Source of the DNA: Vitrella brassicaformis CCMP3155
Lineage: Eukaryota > Protista > Chromerida
NCBI GenBank assembly: GCA_001179505.1
Contig: CDMY01000666.1
Span: forward strand, 186,001-250,000
Direction of reading: 5' to 3'
Length of the DNA: 64,000 bases
Shown: piece after piece, positions 1 through 12,400 of the stretch
How the letters are laid out: each line of letters begins with the position of its first letter
How positions within the stretch are numbered: the stretch's first letter is position 1
The notes under the pieces: model-generated
What the model was told of the DNA's origin: nothing
Database searches by the model: none
Seen by the model: the letters and a program-made list of their open reading frames with translations, nothing else
Translations under genes and position numbers: made by a program

Positions 1-3000
1 GGTATGCCAAACTCGTAGGGCCGCTCGTAGGGCCGCCCGTAGAATATTCTTTTCTTTGCTCCCAAGGTACCGTATGCAAAGGGGTTCTTCCCGCCTGATT
101 TTACCATTTTGTTGCTGCAAAAAGAAGAATAGAGGCGCTTATACCTGGTCTTGCAGTATCAGTCCTTCCACTCCAGCCTCCTCAACAAGCGTCTCCAACA
201 TCTGTAGTCCTTCGTCTCCAAGAGAGGCTGCCATATGAAATGCACTATGGCCGAACTGTTTCACAGGGGAGAGAACATACACCATCAAAGCAAAAAGCCA
301 CAGTCGTTTCTCACAGTACATTGTCTTGCACACGCCATAAATTAGGGTGCATCTTCAGCAGCGCCTTCACGGATTTCACAGTGTCGGACGCTGATAAACA
401 GCAAGGCTCAAACACAAGGGCACTTGACGTCTTTCGCTTTGCTCACTTGCTACATGATGAAGTGCTGTAGCTCCCTCCGAATCTTTCACTTCGAGCGCCT
501 CCGGTCCAGCGACCTCAACAAGCGCCTCCAAGGCCTGTAGTCCTTCTTCTTTTTGACAGAGTGCTTCCTGAATGGCCCTGAAGCCAGACTGTGTCACAGG
601 ACAGAGAGTGAATACAGTCAAATCAAAGAGGCACAGCCATTCCTCACAGTACATCATCTGATACACGCCATAAATCAGGGTGCATCTTCAGTATCGCTTT
701 CACCACTCCCGCATTGCCCGACGCTGATTGAAAGTAAGGCTCAGGTATATCGGCATTTGGTGTCTCTCGCTTTGCCTCACCTGCTGCATCATGGAGTGCT
801 GTTGCTCTCCACGATTCTCTCAGTTCGAGACCCTCTAGTCCAGCGACCTCAGCAAGAGCCTCCAGGATCTGTACGCCTCCACTTTCACGTCGACTGGCGG
901 CTTTGTGGAATGCAGTCTGACCCTGTTAATCCGCAGCTCACAGAAAGCAGAAAGGATTGGACAGACAACTTCTAAAAGCTCTCTTCTGAGCTCACAGAAA
1001 CATCAAAAGAAGCTCCACCGGTCGAACGATAAGTTTTAGAGCCATCAGTAGTGATACGCCAGAGATCAGGGTCCATCCTCAGCATCGCCTTCACCACATC
1101 CACCGAGCCCCGCTCTATGGACACCAGCAGAGTAAGCAGCAAATTGTGTGTCATCCTTTGCTCACCTGCTGCTGCAATATGCAGGGGAGTCCCATTCCGC
1201 TATCAGTATAGCATACACGGCGTGACACAGCAAGTCATCTAGATGTTTCTGGGCTGTGTAATGTTGTACCTTATCCTTCAGGCGCAGCAAGTGGCTCCGA
1301 TTGTCGAGCAGCATCTCAAAAACCTCCGAGTTTGAACATGTCACTAAGCCAAAAGATTGACCATCTCATACGTGGTGATGCATTGCCATGTCACCGCGTA
1401 CTTGCGGCCAAATGGATGGCAGAGTGTGTTGCTTCGTATTTCTGTTCGCCCCATTGCCATCTTCCAAACCTCAAGGCTTGCTCGATCTGTTCAGGAGACA
1501 GATCGGGAAAGGCCGCTTCCAGTGCAGCCGCATCTGACTCCTCGATGGCCTTCTTGATGTTCTCTCTCAGGGATGCCACCTGTCGATAAGCGGCAGGATA
1601 CACGTGCGAATAGAATGTGCGGTCACGCAAACCTGCCGCAAATCAGGCTTCTTCTCTAACATCCACTTGACCCACTGGACCACTCCTTCATTCCATCTTT
1701 CTGAAGACGTAAAGAGCAAAAAGTGATTCCGAGTGCTTCTTGCGACGTGTCTCAATATGACGACCTTCTGCCGTGTCAAGTGGGAGCTTTCCAGACTCAA
1801 GAGAATCGTAGAGATGGGGGAGGGACGACAAAGAGAATCAAGAGAAGAGAAGATGCGTAGTGTCTCGTACATTGTCTCTCATCTCTAGTCCCTCCAGTCC
1901 AGCGGCGTCAACAAGCGCCTCCAGAATCTCTGGGCCCTCATCGTCGTACCGCCGCGCTGCCATGTGAAATGCAGTCATTCCATCCTGTCGATAACACGTA
2001 GAGAGCACACTGACATCCTCCCCCTCCAGTGGTACAAGCTTATCCGTGCAACTTGGGATACCTCATAGGTGCGACGCCACAGATTAGGGTCCATTTTCAG
2101 CATCATCGTCACCATTCGCGCCGAGCCATACTCTTGATACATGGCAAACCAGTCGATTGCAAAGTCTTACATGCCGTTGTTGTGACTGACCTGCTGCCCA
2201 TTGGAAGGGAGTCTTCTGTCCTGGACACAATTATGTGAACGTGAACGTCAGGCAGAACAGCTGGATTCGCTACCATCTACCTCGTTTGTCATCTGCAGCA
2301 GATCAGGTTTCTTCTTCAATATCCACTCTACCACTCCTTCGTTGCGTTTGCCTGAGAAAAGAGACATGCATGATAAAGCACTTATCATGATGTCTCAGTA
2401 TGACTCACGTGTCGCATGGTGAAAAGGAGTATCTCCATTCTGAACATAATCGCATACATGGTAGAGGGAAGAGAGGCACCCGTGCATTCTCGTACCTTGT
2501 CTTCCATTTCCAGCCCCTCCTGTCCAGCGACCTCGACGAGCGCCTCTAGGACTTCTGGGCCCTTGTCATCATCTCGGAAGGCTGCTGCATGGAATGCACT
2601 TACGCCATCCTGTTCACAGCAAATCAAGAGCACATCGACACAACCATGACTCACGTTCATTTGTGTGATTTACGATACAGCGTCAGAGGCGACACGCCAC
2701 AGGCCAGGGTCCATCTTTAACATCCCTCTTATCGCATCCGCCGAGCCAAACACTGATGCACACGACCATGAGAATGCACCGCAAGCCGAGATCAAATTTT
2801 TCTGTCGTGCCTTACTCGCTGCAACTTGCAAGGGCGTCCCACCGACCTTGTGTGACAAAAGGGCATGACACAGGCATGTCAAGCGGTCGCTCTTCTTACC
2901 GGGCGCAGTAAGTGGCTCCGATTGTCCAGCAGCACCTCAAAAACCTCCGAACTTGAGCATTTCACTGACACAGCAAGACCGACCCTGTGATACGTGGTGA

Positions 3001-3240
3001 TGCATTGTTCTGCTGATACATACTTGCGGCAAGAAAAATCGCTGAACATGTAGCCTTCTGTTCGTCCAATTCCCATATTCCAGTTGTCAAGACTTGTTCA
3101 GTCTCCTCAGGCGACAGATCGGCAAGGGCTGCCCGCAATCCAGCTGCATCTGATGCCTTAATGGCCTTCTTGATGCTGTCTCGGAGAAGCTTGGTAGCTT
3201 CGTTTTCATCAGTGGCTAGGTCGCCGCTCAAGCGCGCCTG
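1..3240 (-). CDS. Multi-exon ankyrin-repeat protein; 3' end runs off the window, 5' exons uncertain (possibly up to ~4200)
   Basis: Spliced exons give repeated ankyrin modules: DGVSAFHAAAFRDDDKGPEVLEALVEVAGQEGLEMEDK, DGMTAFHMAARRYDDEGPEILEALVDAAGLEGLEMRDN, GQTAFHKAASRRESGGVQILEALAEVAGLEGLELRE and SAFHMAASLGDEGLQMLETLVEEAGVEG, bounded by GT-AG introns. Confidence 0.8.
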
Positions 3241-4541
3241 CAGATGAAATAGCAAATGGACAGGCACATCACAAAGCCTCACGTGATCCGTTCTTCTTCA
3301 TGGTTGTACAGCTCGGAAGCTTTCGAGTGAGTCAGCTGTTCCTTGCGCCATCATAGGGCCAGATGGTTGGTAGGTGCCAGATGAGTCATGCGTAGGGCCA
3401 GGACCCATGGGGCTACCCACCAGCGGCACCTGTAGACGAAAAACAAATTGAGACGCACATTTGCCGTTTCTTAGTGTGAAGTTTGTACTCTCTCATTTCC
3501 GAATGATTCATTCCACGCTTGGATCAATTCATCTGTTCCTTGCGCCATCATAGGGCCAGGACCCATGGGGCTGCCCACCAGCGGCACCTGCAGACAAAAC
3601 AGGACAAGCTTAATTGATTGCGGCATCGCGTGTCTGAGTGCGGCCTCCAATTGACGTTCTCGAGCCGCCTCGGTGCTGGCGTCAGCTCGATCTTGGTGTC
3701 GGCCAAGTTCAGTCGCATCAGTCCTTCGTCTCGCTGGATGGTCTCAAGGCGCAGAAGAGGCACCCGGTAACTGGCGGGAGAGGCCGATTCTCCGCGTCGT
3801 CCTCTCCGCTGGAAGATGGACGGCATCTGCAATGGAAAGAAACATCATGTCCAACCACCCCAAGCCGGCGCAGCTGCCAACTGACCTTCGGACGCTTTGT
3901 CTGTCCCTGGTGGACGGACCCATCTGCATCACCGTCTCCGTCACCCTCTACTCTGGGCAGCCGGACGTACCGCGTCTCATGGATGGAGCTCGAGCGGCTG
4001 TGGCTGTCTCTGCCGCTTCCACCCTCCTGGCCTTGCAGGCGGGGGGTGCGCTGCGTGTGCCAGAAGCCCCACATTCTGTTCTGCCGACGCCAATGCCCAC
4101 CCCTCTCGTTCCCGTTCCCGTCTCCTCCCCCCATGTGGCCCCCACGAGTTCCGAGGTCAACGGCTGGATCTGAACCTTTGCAACAATGGACCATGGGATG
4201 TCTTCACATGTAGACCTACTGTGTGCCTACAAGTCACAGCCACCGGTAGCACATCGCTTGACATCCACACCCAAAAAGGGGCGCTTTGAATGACTGACTG
4301 AACACACATTCGATTGCGCCCCACACATGAGAAACTCACCAAGACGGACAGTTAAAGACACAGTACCCACCTACAACCGACCCACCACTTCCTGTCCACG
4401 CGAAAACACACCATCCACAGGATCAAGAGACACTAAGACTCTTACTAAGACGTGCCAAAGCAAAGACAAGGGCAAAGATATGGATAAAGCCAGACAGGAG
4501 TACCACCTCCACGGATGATCCATCCACGGCCATCCATGGCA

Positions 4542-6069
4542 TCAGTCCAGCGTGATGCCTTCTGGAGGATCAAACTTGCTGCCCAGCTCTGAGAGCTTCT
4601 TGTGTGCGGCGGAATAGTCAGCGAAGAAGGCCTCTTGGCTGTCGGCGTACTTCAGCGCATACGGTCGGAAGGCCTCATCAGCGAACAGACACGTGTCTGT
4701 CTGGAGCTTGAGCAGCTCCGGGTCGTCATCAGCATTCACTGAAGGGGATAGGGGAAGACACATCCACAGAGAGAGAGGAAGAGAAAGAGAGAGATCACAT
4801 CGACCCACTTGCATCCATCTCCCTTCCTGCCCTACCTGCTGTGAAGTAAGAGTTGTCGAAGAGCAGCCACCGCGGTGTCCACGACATGCCACCCTCCTTC
4901 CCGTAGTAGCCCTTGCCGTCTTGTCGCAAGTCTGTGTGCTCGCCAGTGGTGTAGTTGGTCCCTTCCTCGCCCCTGCCAAAGCCAGATCTGTTTTTCCACG
5001 CCCGCCCGACGGTGTGAGCACCGCTGAGCGCCACAATCTCTTGGTCATCAAGGCCCATCCGATAAAAGACGTTCCTCAGGTGCTGGGCGGGTGTTTCGGC
5101 GCCATCGCCAAACGGCGCTGCGCCGTCGGGAAGGTTGCCCTGCACGAACACACAGACGATCGGGCGGAAAATGATGTGTGTGTGTTCTTGTTCCTCACCT
5201 CTTTGGGGCAGTCTTCAGGGCTGTCGACGTCTACTCTACCGTATTGCATCGCAATCTTCGGGCCGCCAGCCATCTCTATCGCCACAGCAGAGGCCATCTG
5301 CAGAATGTCTGAGCAACAACACAAACATGACTGCGACGGTAGCGACCGAAAAGGGAAACGAGGATGTCCACTTGTGTTCGTGATACACACACGTGGTGTG
5401 CGTGCTTCCGTACACACCAGCCCAGCTGACGGATTGGAATCTGTCCTTAATTGGCTGCAGCAGCTTGATGGCGTTGTCGAGGCCAGCGTTGGCCGCATGG
5501 GAGGTCTCCTCCGGGAAACGAATGCTGCCATTCGCACCTGCACACACCCACCAATACACTCGCGCTCATGCAGCCAGGACACGCAGATTCATTGTGTCTG
5601 TGGGTACCTCCTTTCTTCGGCCATTCGCCCTCCTTTTTGGCGTCGTAGGTGCCTGCGTCATGCCACGCCGCCCGGATGAGAATGCCAAAAGCAGCGGTCT
5701 CGTCAATGAGGTCCTGCAAGGAAGCAAAGATGCATTCATCACTTGAACACGCAGCACTCACTGACCTACCCTCAAAGCGTCGCGGCACTTGAGCAGCTCC
5801 TCTTTCCTCACTGCCAACTCATCGCCTTCCCCGTCCTTGACAGCCACCGCCTGACTGCCCTTGCTCTCTTCCTCCGCCCGCAACACCAGCAAGGCACCAC
5901 TATCAGCCCTACTCAATGAAAAAGACAGCGGGCTGGCCGGCGATGGATGCAATCGTTGCGCCGAGCGTCGTAGCGATGAGGGACCGTTGTGTGTAATACG
6001 CTGGAGAGAGAAAGCGGACACGCAGGCCATGCAGTGAGCTCCGACGAGGAGGAGCCAAAGTCGATGCAT
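4542..6069 (-). CDS. APX: Plastid-targeted ascorbate peroxidase (class I heme peroxidase), 6 exons
   Basis: Distal motif [13 protein letters not shown], proximal [42 protein letters not shown] and SWT..WL.FDNSYF match plastid-type APX. The leader [22 protein letters not shown] is a signal peptide with an SAF motif followed by an S/R-rich transit-like region. Confidence 0.92.
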
Positions 6070-6472
6070 TTCGCAAAGAAGCGATAGATCCGTCCTGTGG
6101 ACACCCTCGTGTGGCCTAAAGGGCCTTAAAAGTCCGGAGGAGAAAACTTCTTCCTTCGCGAGCTTCCAAGCTCGCGCTTGGGAAAGGGGCGTCGGACGAA
6201 GATCTGGCGTTGTGCAGCTATAGAGTAGCTTGAGCCATCGCCAGAGCGCCTTTTCAACCCGTAAGAGTCGTGAAATTCGATTGGCAGAAAAAGCAGGATG
6301 ATCCGCCTGGAGTGCACACAGGCGGCAGATCAGTAGATGCACACGATAGAGAAGGCCGCATGCATATGTGTCTGTGCGTCGAGCATAGATAAGCGGCAGT
6401 CATGAGGGTGTGTCCTTGTCGCGGCTTCTTTCAGGTGGGCGCGGCGTTTTTCTGGTAGTAGTGACCAAATCG

Positions 6473-9400
6473 ATGGACGCCGACGACATCCCGGTGCTTG
6501 ACGAGGTCATCTTCTCGTTGCTGGACCTCGTCAAAGACGGCGACCCTTCTGTGCAGGTGCGCCGACACACGCATTCAACACACACACACACAGGGGCAGC
6601 TCTCCTATGTGCGTGTGCGTGTGTGTGTGAGTGTGTGCATCAGGTGTCGATCAACTCGTCCATCAACGTGGTGGCCAATGTGCACTTCACGCTGGTGGTC
6701 CGCTCCATCTCCTCCTTCCTCGAAGTCAGGCGCACCTCAGCCAACCACCAGCTGGGCCTCTTGAGGCTCCTCTGCCAAGTACTCGGCATAGCCACCGACA
6801 CCAACAAAAAGACCACAACCACCGACAATGGAAAGGTACTCAGATCCACACACACACACACGCATCCATCTGTCGTGTGTGTGTTGGGGGGGGGCGTAGG
6901 AGCCTGCGGATGGCGATGAGTGCCTGTTGGACCATGAGCAGGACCACGAGGGCGAGCGGCCGGACCTGGACGACGACCTGGCCAAGTCGCTGGCGGACTT
7001 CATGGTCAACGAGATGGTGCTGCTCAAGTACGGCGACGGGCGGCAGCGGGCCATGGGCGACGTCCTCGTCTGTTTGGCGTCCAGCAACCCTCCCGTCACC
7101 TTTGAGACCATCCTCAGCGCACTCGACAAACAACAGGACAACCAAAACCCCTCCCAAAACAGCAGGAAAAGTGAGCTCCATCCATCCATCCATCCATCAA
7201 TCTATTGAATGCGTGTGCTCCTTTCTCTTTGCAGGTCGACAGCTGGAGGCCACGGTGTTGCTGGAGGTGATAACCGACCTGGCGTCCACGGTGCCGGCGC
7301 AGACGGCGGCCCACTTCCAGCCGCTGATGGTGCGGCTGCTGCCGCTCCTCACGGCTTCCGTCACGCCACAGCCAGCAGCACAGGGGGGCACACCCGTCAC
7401 ACTGCCGGCACCACTCAAGGTGGCCACTGCACACAACACTCATCCATCCATCCATCCATGTGTGCGTGTGTGTGTGTGTGGTGTAGGCTGAGACTCAGCG
7501 CATCAGTCTGGTCAAGGCCTTCGCCGCCCTTTGCCAGGCAGTGGTGGACGGAGCAGCAGAGGGAGAGGGCAAGGAAGGACGAATAGGTGAGCTCCACACA
7601 CGGAAAGAACCACCGCACCACATCACACATTGTCGCCTGTCAGGTCCGCAGGGAGAGTCGCAGCCCGCGCAGCTAGTCGGCACTGCGTTAGAGGTGCTGC
7701 TGACGGGCAGCGGTCTGCAGCAGGCCAAGGACGCCCTCAACAAGGACAGCAGCGTGCGGCTCCACACACTCGAGGCACTGGGTTTCATGGCCAGCGTCGT
7801 CACTGCGGAAAGGCTGCAGCACCACGCACAGGTACGGAACAAGCGAATGCACGTCGGCGTGTGTCATGAGTGCGTTGTATGCAATCCATCCGTGTGTGTG
7901 TGTGTCAGAGTTTGCTGGGTCTGTTCATCCAGCAGTGCGGCACGGCCAAGAAGGAGGCGCCCGGCGGCCCCTCACCACTACCCATGCTACGCGGACTCGC
8001 TTCGTTCTTACACGTACCTACACACACCCGTCACTCCCCACCCATCCATGAGTCTCCCCTCTGTTCATCAGAGCTGCAGCGAGTCCGATCCCGCGGCGAT
8101 AGAGGCATCGCTCTCGCCCCTCACGGCCTCTCTCTTCGCTTTGCTGACGCCGGTGTCCTCCGACTCCCTCTACTCGTCGCAGCCGCCGCAGTTCCACCCG
8201 TCACTGATGCGGTGCCAGGCGGAGATACTCAAGTGCGTCGAGGTGGTCTGGCTGGGGTGGACTGACAATGTCCTGGGATTCCTCCTGGGTGAGTGGTGGG
8301 TGGGTGGGTGTTCTTGAGTAGAGAGGGGGCATGTGTTGTGGTGGTGCTGCGTGTGGTGGTTGTCCTTTCAGGCAAGCTGCAGAGCAAGCAGAAGGACGAC
8401 CGGATCGGCGCCCTCACCGTCCTCAGACACATCGCAAGTATGACTGACTGACCAAACACCTACACCCGACTATTGCGTGATTGCGTCTGTGCGTGTCAAT
8501 CACACAATCAGGCAGCCCATCGTGCCACCCGGCGTTGCAGGCCGACCCCAAGGAGCGCATCGACAAGCTCCTCAACACCCTGCAGTCGCTCACCCTGGAC
8601 CACCTGTACGCCACCAGCGCCCCCACCGTCGCCGACAACACCGCCGCCCTCTCCCTCATCGAGCTCATCGTGGCCCTCGCCACATCCGGCTTCTTGCAGT
8701 CACCACCGTGCACCGCTGAGGAGAGAGCAAAGGAGGTCGAGGCAAAGGTGCGCTTGCACACCATATTTTCCCGCCCGCCGAGATACACAAGTTTTTGGTG
8801 TGTTGTGTGCCTTCCTGACGTCAGGAATGGCTAGTGCCGCTGAGTGCGACGTCTCAGGCGTTGCTGCAGTACATCATGAAGCTGGCGGCCACGTCTGAGA
8901 GCAAGCTGGAGAAGGACAAGGCGGCCACGAGGGGCAGGGAGGGGGTGGGCCTGAGGGATCTGCGCGACAGGGCCAACCTTGTGCTCACTGGACAACTCAG
9001 TGGAGGGGCACCAAGTGAGATGGACACTCCCACACAAGTGTGGCGCTGTGTGTGTGTGTGTGTGCAGGGTTGATGTGGGGTTTGGCGATAGCGGCGATAG
9101 TGCACTCGCAGTACACGGCGGCGCTGTCAGTGCTGTGCAAGTGTGCCGGCAACATCATTGAGTCGGTGCAGAGGAAACGAGGACACGACTACATGCTCAG
9201 AGCACTCAGGTACACGCCCATGCCATGCAGATTGTCTGTCTGTCTGATGGCACGCACCCATCCGTATGTCTGATCAGTCTGGAGGAGAGTGTGGTGGCCC
9301 TCCCCGGGCCCCATGTGCTGCTCTCGCGACTGTTCCTCTTTGCACACGACCCCTTCGCAAAACCTAACCAGGTCCGCACAGACACAGACACAGACATCCA

Positions 9401-12400
9401 CACACATACATACACAGGATGTTCCCATCAATGTGTCGTTGTCTGTCAGGGTGTGTGCATCTTGGAGGGTCTGCGGTCGCTGGCCCCTCTGATCCACCCC
9501 ACCGCAGCTGAGGTGTGGGAGGCGTCACCCTCGTCAAGGCTGCAGGAACTCATCGCCATTCTACAAGTGGGTGGGGGAACAACACCACACTGACTGGGGG
9601 TGTGCACGTCTTTGTGTGCGAGGGTGTGTGTGTGATTAGGAGGGTCCGAGTGTGTCGATGGTGTCCGCCAGCGGACCGACATTGGCGGCGATGAGCAGCA
9701 CCGTGTCGCTTGGCGAGCTGCTCAAGGACTTCCAGCAGGAGGAGTGGCACGCCCTGCTCATGCGCGAGCTGCACTACCTGCTGCAGGTGGGTAGGAACAC
9801 ACTGACCCATTTTGCTTTATCGGTGTGTGTGCGTGTGTTGGGGGGGAGTCAGTCGATTGATGACGGCGGGGGCTTTGCGGTGCGGCTGACGGACTCGCTG
9901 CAAAACACATTTGGTAGGTGGGAGAGCAAAGACACACGCGCAAGACACCATCCTGCCCCCATCAGCCGACTACAAGTCGGAGCTGGCCAAGGCTGGCACA
10001 TCAGGATCCATCGAGAGCATTCCCGACGCACACCGATGCGGCGTCTACGGCCTGCTGGGCGCCTGCATGAGGAACCTCAAAGGCGCCAACATTCAAAAGG
10101 TGAGCCAGAGAGTGAGGGAGACACTGTGATCCCTCTCTGTCTGCCCTTCTGTGTGTGTCTGTAGGTGACGGCCATTCTGGAGACCCTTCTCGCCACCGGA
10201 GAGGCCCTCGGTGCAGACGTATTCCGCCGCGCGTGTGCAAGGGGCATCGGGTTTGCGGCCGCCGAGCACTTTGATGTGGTGCTGATGAAGCTCCAGAGCA
10301 TCGCCAAGACAGAGGCCGCCACCAAGAAGGTACCTTCTGGTGGCGGATGGTGCTGTGTGTTCTGTGTATGATGGCTTTGTGTGTGTGTGCAGGCGGGCCC
10401 GTTCGCCATCTTCGGCAAGTTCGCAGCCGTGCTGCACGCAGAGCACCTCCGTGCTACCATCGCACTCTCACTAGGTGACTCCTCACTCCTACCACACATA
10501 AGGACAGATCTCTCCTTCTCTCTCCCCACGCACGACTGATGCATGCCATGCAGGCTACTGCGCCAAGTACGCCCCATGCGGCCCCCGACGGTCCGAAGCC
10601 AAGTCCGCCCCGGGAGGCCCGACGGCCGTCACACTCACCCTCCCCATCCCACTGAGAGAAGGCTCTCCGCCCACAAAGCCCTCAGAAGGAACCACAAAGC
10701 ACCAGCGAGACCTGCTGAAGAAGCTGCAGTCGCTCGTGGCGGCGCCGCTCCTGACGGCCTTGAAGGACGAGAAGGAGCCTGAGGTCTTGCTGGCGGTGGT
10801 GGGGGCGGTGCAGCTGATGGCGAGTGCGTTTGTGGATGATGGCAGGGGTGGAGGGGGGGTCGGTGACAGTGGGGGGGGTGGAGTTGAGGAGATGGCGCGG
10901 TCGCCGAGCGCGGGGAGCGGCCCGGTGATGCACTCGCTGGTGGCCTTCAGTGGAGCCGACAAAGGTGGGTCTGGGGTGAGGCGGGCGGACACACACGCTC
11001 ATCGATGGCGTCTCTCTCTCTGTTTGTATGCCCGATAGGTGGCCCTCTGGGCTCCCTGCGTGACGAGATTCTCACAGCGCTGCTGCAATTCATCACGCCG
11101 CCACCAAGGTGACCTACCTAATCACTTCCACACGCACACGCTCACATCCTCCCCCCCTCCCTTGTGATGTCTCTCGATCAGCCGTGAGTCGGTGCACCCC
11201 TCCCTGATCGCCGCCTCGGCCGTGTCCACCAACTTCATCTCAGCACCGTCACTCGTCATGCCCCCGTCGGCACTCATTTCGCAGCAACAGCACCAGGCCG
11301 ACGGCAAGGGGGTTGGTGATGGCAAGGGGGGCAAGGGGGGCGGTGGTGGCAAAGACGGACAACAAGGTGGCGATGGGGGCGTTATGGTTGGACCTGTGAC
11401 ACTGACACAGCTGGTGGCAAACACGCTGGAGGCCATCTGGTGAGTGAGTGACAGAGAGGGAGGGAGAGAGGAGGGGGTGGTCGACACACCAGATGCAGAT
11501 CCGCATCTCTCTCTCTGTGCGTGTGTTTGGGGGGGTTGTGTGTGTGCAGTTCGCTGATAGCACTAGAGCCCGAGCTGAAGCCGGACCTCTTCACCACCAC
11601 CCTCGACCTCTCCCTCAACATCCTCCGCCAGGCCATCCCGCCACAGTCCACAACTCTATCTGTCCCAGCACCTCCCGCCCCCACAGCGGCAGACAAAGAG
11701 AAGACCGTCCAGCAGCAACAGCAGCAACAGCAACAGCCGGTCAGAGCGTCGCCCACGTCCTCTCAGAGCTGCCCGTTCAACAGCGGTGGTGGTGGTGTGG
11801 GTGGAAGGGAGAGCCTTGGTGAGATGTATGAGCAGAGCGACGCTGTCTTCAAGGAGTGCGTGCGGGGCGTGGTAGCCGTCGTGACGTCCCTCGTGCTGCA
11901 CACCAACTCGTGGCTCGGCGTCTCAAGGCTCATCCTGGTGCGTGCTGCACACACACAGACAGAATGCAGCCACACACCACGTGTCACACGTGCTGTGGAA
12001 TGCATTTCTTTGATCGGTCAGGCAGTGCAGTCCATTGGGGCGAATGGCCCCAACCCGTTCCTCCGATGGACCTGCACACACCTCCTCTACTCGGTATCCA
12101 AAGAGGCCCCCATCGTCAGCCTCTCCCCCCCGCCCCCCCCCGGCCCCATCGTCGCGCAGCACCGGCGAGGCAGCGCGCCACACATGCAGCCCAAGGAGGG
12201 CTTTGGCCCTCAACCTGGTCAGGGGACGCTGCTGCCGCCTTCGTCGCTCTCACCTTCACCACCTTCGCCCGCGCCGCTGCACGCGGCCACTGTGGCTGAC
12301 CTGTCGGGTGTGGCTGCTGCTGAATCGGCTGACTCCAGTCCTGGTACACACCCATGCACACATCCAGTCTGACTCTCTCTGTCTCTGTGTGTGTGTGTGT

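Noticed and set aside
3638-4213. Plus-strand ORFs of 166-191 aa, with a faint RNase PH-like look
   Set aside because: No diagnostic motif. The opposite strand has splice signals and better codon bias, consistent with 5' exons of the ankyrin gene, so these are probably shadow ORFs.
4693-5679. 328-aa plus-strand ORF
   Set aside because: Antisense shadow of the APX exons. Long shadow ORFs are expected in GC-rich coding DNA.
5758-6342. 194-aa ORF extending APX upstream
   Set aside because: It starts at a non-ATG codon. The ATG at 6069 gives a clean signal peptide, so the extension is probably UTR or promoter.
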